This document shows positions 39,679 through 52,842 of a DNA stretch of 64,000 nucleotides, piece by piece. Each line of letters starts with the position of its first letter. Positions within the stretch are counted from its first letter, which is position 1. The notes under the pieces are model-generated. The model made no database searches and had not been told where the DNA came from. It saw only the letters and a program-made list of their open reading frames with translations. Origin of the DNA: Trichosphaerium sp. ATCC 40318. Lineage: Eukaryota > Protista > Tubulinea. The position numbers were made by a program, and so were the translations under genes. The stretch is from contig JALMLS010000474.1 in assembly GCA_038496445.1 (NCBI GenBank), positions 74,568-138,567 on the forward strand, given 5' to 3'.

Positions 39679-42600
39679 ATGAGAGCATTATTCATCGTGA
39701 TGCTAGCAATTTTACTTTGTGCGCTAGTAGCAGTTGAAGCCAATTTACTATCAAACGGAGGTCAGTATAATACTTTTTCCTGTTTACAACGCTTTCCTAA
39801 TACTGTTTTCTTATTTTGTGACGTCATTTGTATTAAATTAACTTACCATGATGTTAATCACGTGTATAACGTTTGAACTGCCGTGATGTTAATCCATTTA
39901 CATCGAAAAAAGCTTAAACTGATCTTGAAATCTTGTAGGCTTCGAAGACGGAAATATAAACGGTTGGATAGCTCAAGGCGCACCTACATCAACACTTACA
40001 GCGGTGACAAATAGAAAATACTCTGGAGCGTACGGAGGCAAAAGCACAAGACCAAGGTAACATGATTTTTTGTAATCTAGCGAGCTTGTGAACATGACAA
40101 GTTTTTCCTAACAAATCACAAGCAATACTGCTGTATGGCATGGACCTGCTTTTAACCTGATGGCGATAGCTAACAGTCAGAACACATTGACTGGAGAAGT
40201 GTTTGAGTTCTCAGTGCGTGTTTATTTGGAAGGGAGCGCTAGCCATACCGTAAAAGTAACCATTCAGTAAGTCGTAACCTCTGCTATGTTCAAAACCATT
40301 GACAAGCTCTTAGTCGCATACTTAATGATGGCACAAACCTATGGACGGTTATTGATTCTGGCACGAACCAAGGAAATCAATGGGTGCTGATGAGTGGTGC
40401 GTGTTTCTCGTGATTGTTCCTGTTTTTGATACTTTGTAAGGAACATACACAATGATAAACCGTGCTCAAATATCAGCGTTGAAGTTGTACATATCCGGTC
40501 CACCTCCTGGTATACTTGTCTTCAAAGCTTAATTTGAACTCACTTTGGTAGGCGTTAACTTTTATGTTGATGATGCTACTCTTGTTATTCAAGGAAGATC
40601 TCAGCCTACTCCTACACCTCCTCCGACTATTGCTGGTGATCAACCAGCGACTACATTAAGATTAAAGGATATGAACTTTCAATCCGCGAGCGGCACAGCA
40701 TCTGAATCTACTGGCGGTTCAAATGATTTTATTACTTTTAGCATCACTAGAAATCGCTATAAAGTGTATTTCTGCCAGAGAGTACGCTGGATTAGACAAA
40801 CGACAATTTGTTTGTGTTTGGTTTTTTTTTGTTCAGTTTTTTTCTTTTTTCTGACTGTTTTAGCCCATTGCTTTTAAAGGTTTTGACCTACCACGCTCAG
40901 CGTTTGCATTTCGCAAAAATAGACAGTATAAAATACATTTTGACTGGCAGCAAGCATCAGGCTCTTCTAGTGGATCAAATATAAATAGAATTGGATTATT
41001 TCTTCGGCATGCTAGTGCTAATTATAACATAAATAACGTTAACTACATCGACTCTCCAGATATGTGGTTTAAAAGATGTACGTATGCATTACCTCCCATC
41101 GATACTTATAAAATATATTTAAGCGCTACCTTCTATCTCTGGGTCTCACAATCACGGGAACTTTGCGACAAAGTCATTTACGTTTTCTTTGCCTGAAGAT
41201 ACAGGCTTCTTCTCACTTTGCATGTATCTTAACTCAGGGTCTGGTTCTACAACTGGATCTATCTTTAGAATGAGAAACCTACGTATTGGAGTACCTCAAG
41301 CGCCATTTGTAACGAGCTTATTGCCATCTTATTCAACGAAAGTCCAGAGAAGAATAGCGTAAGAAACGATTGCTCTCTTTTTGCCAATTTACTTTTTGCT
41401 AGGCCAACACCGCCTGCATCGCAGTACACTCAAAATCACTGTCCACATACTGGAGCTAGCTTAAAACTATGGCAGAGGGCAACCACTTGGGGAGGATCAA
41501 TACCTAGCCATAATAATCAAATAACTCTTCCAGCTAACAGCAAGGTAATTTTAAACCAAAATAAAAAAATCACGTGATTTTTTTTTTAGTTCTTACTTTT
41601 TTCTTAGGTTCTTGTTGACAGAAATACTTTTAGTGGAGGACAAGTTTATCAGTCTATAACTATTCCTGAAGGAAGTCAATTGATTTTTAAAGATGAAGAC
41701 ATCACACTCAACATCAAGAAGATAATTGTCCGAGGTCAATTGAGAATCGGATCTCCAACTTGTCGTCTCAACAGCAACATCCGTATTATCTTCCATGGTT
41801 CAAAGCCTTCTTCTTTTAATCCTAATATTATCACGTGCGTATTTTGAAGTAAATTTCTTCAGAAACAATGCCATAGCATCTAACAGCAATGTCTAGAAAG
41901 GGAATTGGTGTTTATGGAAATGGCGAAATTGATATTCACGGAAAACGTTACTTTCCGACCTGGACTCGCCTTGCTAGAACAGGTACCTTTAGATGCATCT
42001 AAACATTTGATTTACAATTTTGGCTCTTAACTATAATACTTGTAGTATATCCTGGTGATATTAAGGTGGTTCTTCAACAGAATGTAAACTGGGAAGTTGG
42101 TCAAGAAGTTGTTTTTATCACATCTACTTATGTTGATAATATTCGCTACACTGAAAACGAAATACGAACACTAACGAAAGTGAGTAACAATCGTATACAA
42201 GTTAATGAACCTTTAAAATACTACCATTACGCTGGAAAAGAATATCAGGCCGAGGTCCGTAACCAAAGATTAAAAAACAAACCTTAACTGCTTTGTTAGG
42301 TTGGTTTGTTGTCTAGGAAGATTGTCCTGGAATCACATGCTTCTTCTGATGGAGATAAATACGGTGGCCACGTGCTTATTTCAAACGAAGGAAGAATATC
42401 CGGCGTCAGAACAATAAGGTTTGGTCAACTCAATCACATAGCACGCTATCCTTTGCATATGTGCGTATCTCTATACTGTCTTGCAGAAAGATTGACAAGT
42501 GTTATTTTACAGGCACATGGCTGGGACGCCATCTAATAGCTACTTTTCTGACAATTCTATCACATTCTCGTACTTCAGATGCATAACCATTCACGGTAAG

Positions 42601-45048
42601 GAAGTCATATTTGTTGTCTTGGAAACTAAAAAGATGTAGGAACAAACAATGTTCTTGTAACCGAGAATGTTGCATATGATACTAACGGTCATTGTTTCTA
42701 TATTGAGGATGGCGTAGAAGAGGATAATACAATATCATACAACCTGGGCGCTTTCATTAGACTCATTTCTCCACCAGTTGCGTTTTTTATCCTGTTTTTT
42801 TTTTTTTGAAACAAAAAGCCACTTTATGCCTTACCAACTATGTCTATGACTGCGTTATTCATTAATTTTACAACCCATAATAAAGTCGATTGTTAGCACT
42901 AAAGTAGTTCAAACAACAAGATATTTTAAGTTTTTAGAACGAAGTGCTAACATCTTTTTTAAGACAGCTCAAAATGGAAACTGGCTTCTTGGAACAGGTC
43001 AAGCTGGTACAACAGTTGATGGTCATTCAAACCTCATACAACCTGCCGATATTGCCGCGTCTGCTTTTTACTTCTCTAATGCATGGAATACAATCATTGG
43101 TAACAGCGCTAGCGGAGGTTTCGCTGGATTCACGTTTCCAAACTTCGAAAAACCGATTGGAAATCACAGAAATGTTAACGAAAGACCTATGCGAAGACCA
43201 CTCAAAGAGTTTGATGGTAATGAATGTCATTCATCAGGTACATTCTGGGAGAATGTAGCATGTGTCTATGTCGGAGGGGACTTGAGTTATGTTGGGAATA
43301 GCAATACTTTGAGGTATTTTACAGGAAGAAAAGGAAGAGTTTCACGTGATGGAGTCACAAATAATCAAGTATCTATGATATTCAGAAATACACGCATTTG
43401 GGCTTCTAATATGGGTATTAATCATTGGGGAATGAGGCCAGAAGTGATCAACTATGAAGCGTATGACATTCGACGAGGTACAACTTTTTTTTTGATTTGC
43501 AAGTTTTTTTTTGTTGACGCTTTCTGTTAGCTGGTATGCTCTTTGGTGAAGGTCTCATTAATCACGCTATCATTCAACAATACACTGATAATATTAATGT
43601 TGCCGTGTATTATAAAAACAGCGATACAACTGAAGGGTTTCGGTACTATGATACATCAAGCCAAGCAATACTATTAGATTGTACAATGGTGAATTACAAC
43701 AAACACCCAAGGCACCTTAGTATATTTGACATTTTATCTTACCTTTGATTCCATAGAAACCCTTCTATAACTGGATACGCCATTGACTCTCTAACGCACA
43801 GCGACTTTTTCACGCCTCAGGTTCGAACTCTTTAAGATGACAGTTGGTTTTATTTAACTTTCTTTGTGTTTTAGGGGATTAGTGCGCAGTCTAATATGAA
43901 GTTTATCAACTCTCCTGTACGCTTTAGATTTCACCCACGTATTACAGTCGAGAAGAACAATAACGCTTGGCGATATTGGAATCTTGTGGATTGGGATGGA
44001 ACTATCATTGGTAACAACAAAGTACGTATAAATTGAAAATTGTTTTCTTGTTGTTATTACTTTACTTCTCTGTCCGTTTCTTATTGTGTATGGTAGAGAA
44101 CTATATGGGGTTCAGCGTCTGGATACACTAATGATTGGTGGAACTTCGGTGCAAACTGTAACTTACACTCAACTTTGAACGTGTGGTATTGTGAAGACCC
44201 AAATAATGTTAGAAGAGTTGGATGGCTTAATGTTGAATCACCTGGTATAATGGACAATGATTTACCTGCTGTAGATCAGAACGGACAAGCTGGTAATAGA
44301 AAACAATAGTTCTAATGTAATGAGAATTGGTTAACGTCTATTTACAGGTACAACATATCACATCGGAAAAGCGTCTTTGTTTGGCTCTAAAATCAATTCA
44401 AAGAGAAGTGTTATCATCACACCAAACACAGGTACAATACTTACCATACTATGGATTTTAGTCTGCTCTAACTTTGCAAGGCGTTTGTGGACCTCTTGAG
44501 AAAAATATAGGATGGCATTTTTGGTATAAAGATGGTACACCAAAAAAGTTGATAATCGATGGTCGTATTTGGTATCGTTCTAATGAAGAAGGTCTTGTTA
44601 CTGGATTTCATTATCCAAGGTCATCAAGTTTTACTGTTTATTGTAAAGAGAATGGTAACACAGCACGATTCAATGGACGTAGGGTAAACTCTGCAAGTCA
44701 GGTACCAGTTAAACAACAAAAACTAGCGTTTGTGAAAACTGAACAATTTTGTGTTTGCAGGTTTGGTCTTCTCCTGATTCTCTTGCTTGGCATTGGGATA
44801 GCAATGCTGGTCTTCTGTTATTTAAATTCAGAGATAAAACAAGTTACCCTAATGCAAGCTCTGTTTTCAGGAAGGGAACTGTAGAATTGTTGAGGTAAGG
44901 TTAATTCAAACCACAAGAAAAAAGAAAAAAAACTCATCTAAACAAATTCTTTAGGCAGTCAGGCTTGTGGAAGTGTTACATTGAAGCGACATGTCCAGGA
45001 TCTTCAAATAGATGTTCACCTGTTACTGAAAGGGTACCTGGATTTTGA
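39679..45048 (+). CDS. Secreted CBM4/9-like + G8 domain + beta-helix protein (fibrocystin-L/CEMIP-like architecture)
   Basis: NLLSNG|GFEDG..FYVDD (CBM). G8 and following motifs IIVRGQLRIGSPTC, PTWTRLA, LLSRKI, GGH, GQLNHIARYPLH and HCFYIEDGVEEDN. Confidence 0.85.
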
Positions 45049-45708
45049 GTATGTCACGGACAAACTTAGGTAGAAAGCACAATATCACACCAAAAAAAAA
45101 AAAGTCACATTTATTAGATGTAGAACCAATTAATTTAAAAGTTCTCTTGCTTGGTAGACAACTTTATTATTTCACTTTTTATTGAACCGTAGTGTACTGT
45201 TTATGTTTAGATTTACGTGCGAAAATAACTATTAAAACACGTGGCATAGCGTCTTGGACTTTGTACCTTTTCAAGCCCAAACCTGTCTAATGTTGAGTCA
45301 CCCTGTCTGACGACCGCGTCGTTTTCAGAAAAAAAAAAGGCAACAACAAAAAACGTGACATACAGATTAGGCCAATCAACAATATAACGCCAAGAATACA
45401 TCCAATAGTAATTAAAAAAAAAGTCATCATGTGCCAAAAAGGACGAAATCGCTTGAGCTGATAAAGAAGTTACATTTTGCATTCCACTTGTGAGCTCAAT
45501 TGTAGCGACTTGTGAATGTGACTCCCAGTCGAAAGATAATTAAAAGAAACCTTCAAGAATAGCCATAGTTGCCTCCAACACCCCTTCACTACTTAATAAG
45601 CACAAATACGCAGTGTACACAAGTGGAACTTGTTGAGATGTGATCGACATGAATCAGCAGAAATGAGAATAAACACGTTTTTTTTGTAAACTACTATTTA
45701 TTATTGAT

Positions 45709-47751
45709 TTAACAATGGTCTTTTTTATACTTGATAACTTTTGCACGCTCAATTGCTGTAAAATCAAACACTTTCATTATTTCTCCTTTTAACTCTTGTA
45801 TCTCAATACATGCTTCATCCAACATTGATCCAAGTGTTTGAGCTCTTGATCTCTCAATCCCTGCCAATATCAAGATATTCACCCATTCAACTTTCCCTCT
45901 CAACGGTTGTTCTGGTACAACTGGAGCTGATGCTGAAGGCTGCAATAAAAGTTAGGTGATGTATCGCTCCTGAGAGAAAGAGTCGTACTTTGCCAATGTC
46001 TACTGTTTCAGGTACAACTGGTATTGATACATCTCTCTTATCCATATTAATAGATTCAATCCTGTTCTTCCAGGACTGTTGCGAAACAAGGTCATCTACA
46101 TCAACGGAGGGTTGAGAAGGGTTCTTTATGGATGAATCGCCATTGAAGTGCGAAGAGGTAGACTTGGCTCCAATTGAATCGGAAGAAGCATCCTTAACAT
46201 TGACGTAAATAAATATGTGTTAAATGAAATATCTTGGTTGTACGTTGCCAAGGTTGATCGTTTCAAACTTATCTTGAAGCCATGATTGTCTTGATACAAG
46301 ATCATCAGCATCGATTAAAGGTGGATGTTGATTTGATTCATTGGTGGGTGGATTGTAGTTGATTGAATCAATAGAGGCTTCTTGTCCTTAAAGTATAAAA
46401 GAGTTACAAAACATAAGAATAGTGGAATGAGCACTTACTTTGCTGTTTGGATTGAATGAGATGACGAGCATTTTCGAGAATCTGAAGATCTTGTTCTGTT
46501 TGTCCAAATTTCTGAGGTACATCTCGAATGCCCTTTTTTGACGTGAACATCTCTTCGGATGGATGTACTTTGATCGATGACTTGTTGATTGGCTGTTCAT
46601 CCAATTGTTGAGTGTCGATTGTATCTTTGTTTGTTTGCTAATGACTTGTCAAATAGACAGAAAGATGAATGAGATTACAAAGTACCTTTTGGTGATTGTT
46701 GAATGTCAACTTTTGTGGTGTTGATTGACCATAATCATTATTTCCACCTGTGACCAACTGAAAGTCATGAGATATTGCCAAGTAATGAAATTGTTTATTG
46801 GCAAACTCAAGATATTTTCCAGGTAATTTTAATGGTTTGTTTGATTTGAACGAATCAATCCATTTCCCTTGACCCCAACCAAACAAACAACCTTCATCAT
46901 CAATCGCAAATGATGTATAGTAACCAGCATGTACAGATTTGATGTTATTGAGTCCTTTGATGATACCCTGGCCATACTCGTCATCAATACCCAACCCAAG
47001 ACACCCATTGTAGTTGTATCCAAAAGAAAATACTTGTCCTGACTTGAGGAGAACAAGTACATGACAATAACCAATGGCAATATCAGTGGCATCATCAATA
47101 CTTGGAACACGTGAAATTGTCTTTGGATTCAAGAATAATGATTTATCTCTTGCTTCATCTTTTGTTGTTTCCCAGAAATTTAGTTGTTCCCCAAAGAAAG
47201 ACATGACCTGTTGACGTCATTGCTCCACTTACATACGAGTTATTTTGAATTTTTTGAACATTTTGAAGATTTGGAATAACCGCTGGTGATGAAACTTTCG
47301 AATTGTCGAATGAATGACCCAATCCTTGATATGAGTTGTCTCCCCAAGAGTAGACATGACCTGATTTTGATAACGCCATACTCACTTCATAGGCAGAGAC
47401 TTTCGTGATATTGTTGAGATTTGGAACACGTGTTGGTGACGAAACAGGTGACGCAAAGTGACCCAGACCCAATTCACCATCTGAATTACAGCCCCATGCA
47501 TACACAATACCGTTTGAATCAACTGCAAGGCTATGATTCCATCCAGCAGCAATACAGACGATATTTATGACTGATTTTATTGGTCTTGCGATAGAACTCT
47601 TTCTTTCGTCTGTGTTACCCAATTGGTGGTGATTGTTTTGTCCCCACGTGTAAACAAAGCCATCGTCTGCGATTACCATTGAATGGTTTAAACCAGTGGC
47701 CAAACGGTTAACATATTGTAAATTACCCGACGAAGATTGCGGCTCTGCCAT
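45709..47751 (-). CDS. RCC1 propeller - linker - SAM-like protein, copy C (1-nt frameshift near 47162)
   Basis: ORFs 47155-47751 and 46638-47204 join. B-type linker PQKFGQTEQDLQILENA. SAM-like tail 45709-45945. Confidence 0.88.
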
Positions 47752-48247
47752 TAAAACGTTAGGTTACGTGACGTGCTCAATATTCGTTGGCTTTTGAACT
47801 ACTAAGCTTGACGCCATTTCTTATGGTAGGTTTTAAACCTGCCGCAGATGAGTTACTACATTACAATAAGGGGTAGCATTGATACTCTTAGAATTCTAAA
47901 ACCGAATCGCTTCAACCCTTTTTACGTTATGTACTTCATTGTCTAATAGCGTTAGAGGATATCAAAGCGACATAAAAACATAGGTACATAGATGTTGGTT
48001 TAAACCACCTCACTAGATACTCGTACCTTCAACAGGCTCAACAGCGATAATTTTAGCGTTCGTTGGAACTAAATAAACATCAATTATGGTACGTGGGCGT
48101 TTGTAAGGCTAATTACCAAGTAAACACGTGAAAACGCCTGTTCCTGCGCCTATTTAAACGATTGTCTTTGTCTTGGCAAGTGCCAAGTACTTTTGAGTGC
48201 TACATCCACAAAAAGAACGCGAAACTCAACTGCTTTGCATCTAACAA

Positions 48248-49190
48248 AATGAACCTACCCACGTGAAGATTGTAAAGCTAAACACGAGCAATTTTATAAT
48301 GCACAGATTGAAACTGTTTTTTTTTTTTTGTTTTTTTTTTATTCGACGAGTATTTTCTTTTCTCACAGCCCTTTAGGAGCGTGGTAACTCAATCATGGTT
48401 ATTTGCCTAGATTCTAGTGATCCAAAAGACTGTGTTGTTGCTGGTTTGAAGGCAGGTGCTAAGACTGGCGGATTTGAAACTAACTCAAAGGGGTAACAAG
48501 GTTGTAAAAAGGGTAAGCATATCTTTTTTTTTTCTCATTTTGATCTTTACTGACGATTTTGTTTTACTCTGTAGATATAACGTAATTCAAGGTGATGGTA
48601 TCAACTATGCAATTGTCACAAAAATCTTGAAGGTTGTTGTTGCTGATGGCCTTCTCTGTCCAATGTGTACGTTACAAAGTTGCTTGGAGTTTAAGTTTCT
48701 TTGTATCTTATCTTTTGTTGATAGGTCAGTTTCAGTATGGGTCGTGGACTCCTAATGAAGGTTAACCATGATACCATGCCATTCGCTACAAAATTGTGCT
48801 ACATTCACTATGCCAATGGAGATGAGAGAAAGGTCATGAAATGCCCAAAAACAGATTCTGGAAAAATCAGCTTCACAGGTATTCGTAAGGTTATCTGTAA
48901 CGATAAGGGCGCTCCAATAATCTACCCTTGCGGTGCAGATGAAAAAGTAGACCCAGAGAAGAACCTCCTCAAAGTTGTCTATGATTGTGTACGTGCTCTT
49001 GTGTGTTGTAGTGGTTTTTTTTTTCTCAGTTACTGACTTCTTTTTTAGGGTCGAAGCCATTTTCCATGCTTTTTCAACTCTTTATTGTACCTTGTGCTCA
49101 TTGCAGTACGCTTTGGAAGCAGTGGATAGCATAGGTACACTGATACTGATGCGTCTAAATCTATAATATCGAGCTGAATCTTGGGTGGGA
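48248..49190 (+). CDS. Small multi-exon hypothetical protein
   Basis: Short exons separated by T-rich GT..AG introns. No recognised domain. Confidence 0.4.
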
Positions 49191-49239
49191 AGTGTAATAG
49201 GTGACAAGTATCTCGTTTTACTGCGATAGTATGAAGCAT
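49045..49239 (-). pseudogene. Possible truncated N-terminus of an F-box-MORN paralog
   Basis: HLLHFPPKIQLDIIDLD...ELKKHGKW resembles HLFDLPVELHLDIIDLD...DLNKHGKW at 880-1021. Confidence 0.55.
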
Positions 49240-50740
49240 CCTAAATAAAGTACAATAAATTACTTCGGATAGTAGAAAATGAAAATATCAGCATAAGTCA
49301 CTTGATATCACGTGACGTATGTATGGGATATCAAGTGTAAGCGATACTGTAGTGCTGGGGTTTTTGGAGAAATAGCGTAATTAACGGAGCACTACGATGT
49401 TGAGAAAACTGTAAACTACTAAAAATGAAAAAATGAAAAAAAATTGAAGTCAATAGCAATAGTTGTTTATTGGTGATATTGTATGGCGCAATGTTTACAA
49501 ATAGAGTTGGTCGTGGTCCAGTACCAACTAAGCCAGCTATAAAAATCTGTAGCTGGTTAACTGACGGCTAAGAAACTCAGCAACAAAATCTGAAATCAGC
49601 TAAACCGTTTAAAAATGTGTGATTTTGTTGATGTTGTACCATGGCACCACATGCTTTTTTTACGTTTTATATGCTCTCAATGGCTTTGACTTCGTTAGTG
49701 TTTGATACATAAGTCCAAAGCCTAGTGTTTTACCCAATATTCTCAAAGGTAAATGTGAATGTCACTGTCCCTAGTTAACATTTCTTATCACAAGTCAATT
49801 GACTGAGTGTAGAGCTTTTTACTAGGTAGTCGATAAGTATATCTTGCATGTAAAATGCGTTTAGAACACACTGGGTAAACGTAGAGTGTACAATAATTGC
49901 ACCTGATCCGAGAACTTTCTCGGCACATTTTTTGGCTTGAAAAAACTGTAAAACATACTTTCCGTGAACCACTACCACTTGTTTACTCTTGCAGGTCACT
50001 ACAGTACTAAATAGGTTGTAATGGATTTAATAAACGTATTTGAGCGCTGTGGATACGACTGACTGGAATAAACAAGAAAAGTTCTTCTTATTGTTCTTTT
50101 CTACGCGTATAATCGCGTGTACTATACTTTGGTGAGTATTTGTGTAAAGATAAGGTAGACCAGCAAGCCCTGTTTTGAAACTTTGGTACCACCCTTTCTA
50201 GATACAGAGAAATGTATTTCCGTTGCCTTAGAAACAGGCGGTCGCGTTCTGCCATATTTTATGTTGAAATCCGTAGTTGAACCCAGGAGCTTTGTAACAT
50301 AATGTAAGATACTGTATGTATAGTAAGGCACCATTGAAAAGTGATTTTGGCTTTCAGAAACTGTTTACCATTCGAATGAAAATTATCAAAAACAAGCACA
50401 TTCGTTTTTCAGTTTTTTACGAATTTACAGCCATGTGATAGTTTTTGGTTACCAGTATGTTTGTAGTATGTTTTACATAACTATGTCTACTTGTAGCCGT
50501 AATATAAAGTTTCTAGCGTACATTTGTGAACCACACTGACGGGTTTTTTTTAGTTTTCAATCTGCTCAGCAAAAAGTTCTCTATGTGACCCTCAATGTGT
50601 TAATATAATGTCATTGTTCTGTTCAAAACAAGCTAGTATTTATTGTAAGACATCTAAACTATTACAAAACCAATTGTTAATATTCGATTGTTTTTGGTGT
50701 ATTCATCATTGAGGAGGCTTAAGATATGCGCTTCATCGAT

Positions 50741-52491
50741 TTATAGAGCATTTTTGCGCTTTGCTTTGATGACCTTGATACGTTCAATTGGATTGAATTC
50801 AAGCTCTTCTAATACATCTGAGGTGATGTCTCCAGGTTTGATACCTGATTCATTCATTAACGATCCAAGCTCTTGTGCTCTTGCACTTGAAATACCCAAC
50901 CTCGACAATGTTGACTTCCAATCATATTTGGGAGTAGCGATTGATTGATTCTCTTGAGGTGGACAGAACTCCGACTAAACGAACAAAATTAAATGTGAAG
51001 AAAATAAAATTAAAACGAGACACCTTTGTGTGAGCAACTGAAACATGAGGCTTGTCATTCCATGATTGTTCAGATACAATTGAGGTGTCTACATCAAGTG
51101 GCAAGCGAGGATTGTCAACCTAAAATACCATGTGAGATAGGTATCGCTTATTTTCTGATACTTACATTGTTGATGTATTCATCTCGATTTTGGTGTATTT
51201 TAAAGGCTTCAAGGGCATCTTGAATGATATCAAGGTGTTCAGGATCATCTCCAAACTTGGTGTAATCACGATTGGGCTCAACCACAGCTTTTGACAAGTA
51301 CTTATCTTTTCGGTCTTCTTTTAACTCTGCATTCATTGCTTTCACAGCATCATTGTTTTTATCTTTTGCGATTACTTTATTGGCTGGTTTAAAGTGCTTG
51401 TAGATTGTGAGATAAAAAGAAAGACAAATAAGATTTCAAAGTACCTTTTCATAATTGGTGAATGTTAACTTTTGTGGTGTTGATTCACCAAAATGATTAT
51501 CTCCACCTGTGACCAACTGAAAGTCATGAGATATTGCCAAGGAATGAAATCGTTTATTGGCAAACTCAAGATATTTTCCAGGTAATTTTAATGGTTTGTT
51601 TGATGAGAACGAATCAATCCATTTCCCTTGACCCCAACCAAACAAACAACCTTCATCATCAATTGCAAATGATGTCCACACACCAGCATGTACAGATTTG
51701 ATGTTATTGAGTCCTTTGATGATACCCTGGCCATACTTGTCATCAATACCCAACCCAAGACACCCATTGTAGTTGTGTCCAAAAGAAAATACTTGTCCTG
51801 ACTTGAGGAGAACAAGTACATGCCAATCACCAATGGCAATATCAGTGGCATCATCAATACTTGGAACACGTGAAATTGTCTTTGGATTCAAGAATAATGA
51901 TTTATCTCTTGCTTTAATATCTGTTGTTCCCCAAAGAAAGACATGACCTGTTGACGTCATTGCTCCACTTACACACCAATTAGTTTGAATTTTTTGAACA
52001 TTTTGAAGATTTGGAATAACCGCTGGTGATGAAACTTGAAAATTGTCGAATGAATGACCCAATCCTTGATAGAAGTTGTCTCCCCAAGAGTAGACATGAC
52101 CTGATTTTGATAATGCCATACTCACACGATAGGCAGAGACTTTCGTGATATTGTTGAGATTTGGAACACGTGTTGGTGACGAAACAGGTGACGCAAAGTC
52201 ACCCAGACCCAATTCACCATCTGAATTACATCCCCATGCATACACAATACCGTTTGAATCAACTGCAAGGCTATGATTCCGTCCAGCAGCAATACAGACG
52301 ATATTTATGACTGATTTTATTGGTCTTGCGATAGAACTCTTTCTTTCGTCTGTGTTACCCAATTGGCGCTCATTGTTTTGTCCCCACGTGTAAACAAAGC
52401 CATCGTCTGCGATTACCATTGAATGGTGGCAACCAGTGGCCAAACGGTTAACATATTGTAAATTAACCGACCAAGTGCGAGGTTCTGCCAT
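50741..52491 (-). CDS. RCC1 propeller - KFG linker - SAM-like protein, copy D
   Basis: Intact propeller exon, YTKFGDDPEHLDIIQDAL, and YDWKSTLSRLGISSARAQELGSLMNE..ERIKVIKAK. Confidence 0.92.
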
Positions 52492-52842
52492 GCTTGTATT
52501 GCGTTGAAATACATCAATTCAAAGCAAGTCCGTTTTGAAACAGAGGACTAGTGGTTCAATTATAGGCTCAGCTCTAAATGACTGTAGACCTGAAAACAAG
52601 TCGGATATAAACCGGCTCATTAGCTCTAAAATTGTTTCACAACAAAAAGAAAGTTTGGCTTGTTCAGCTGCACCACTTGCATGTCTGAAGTTCTACATAT
52701 TCTAAACAGGTTTACACATAGTTTATGCACTAATACAAGCGGTCAAAAGCCACCATTAAGATGTTTAGACGGTATAAAATGGACCAAAAAAAAGTCAGGG
52801 ACCGGCTTTTTTTTTTTCTCGCATGACTATTCCATTCTTTAT

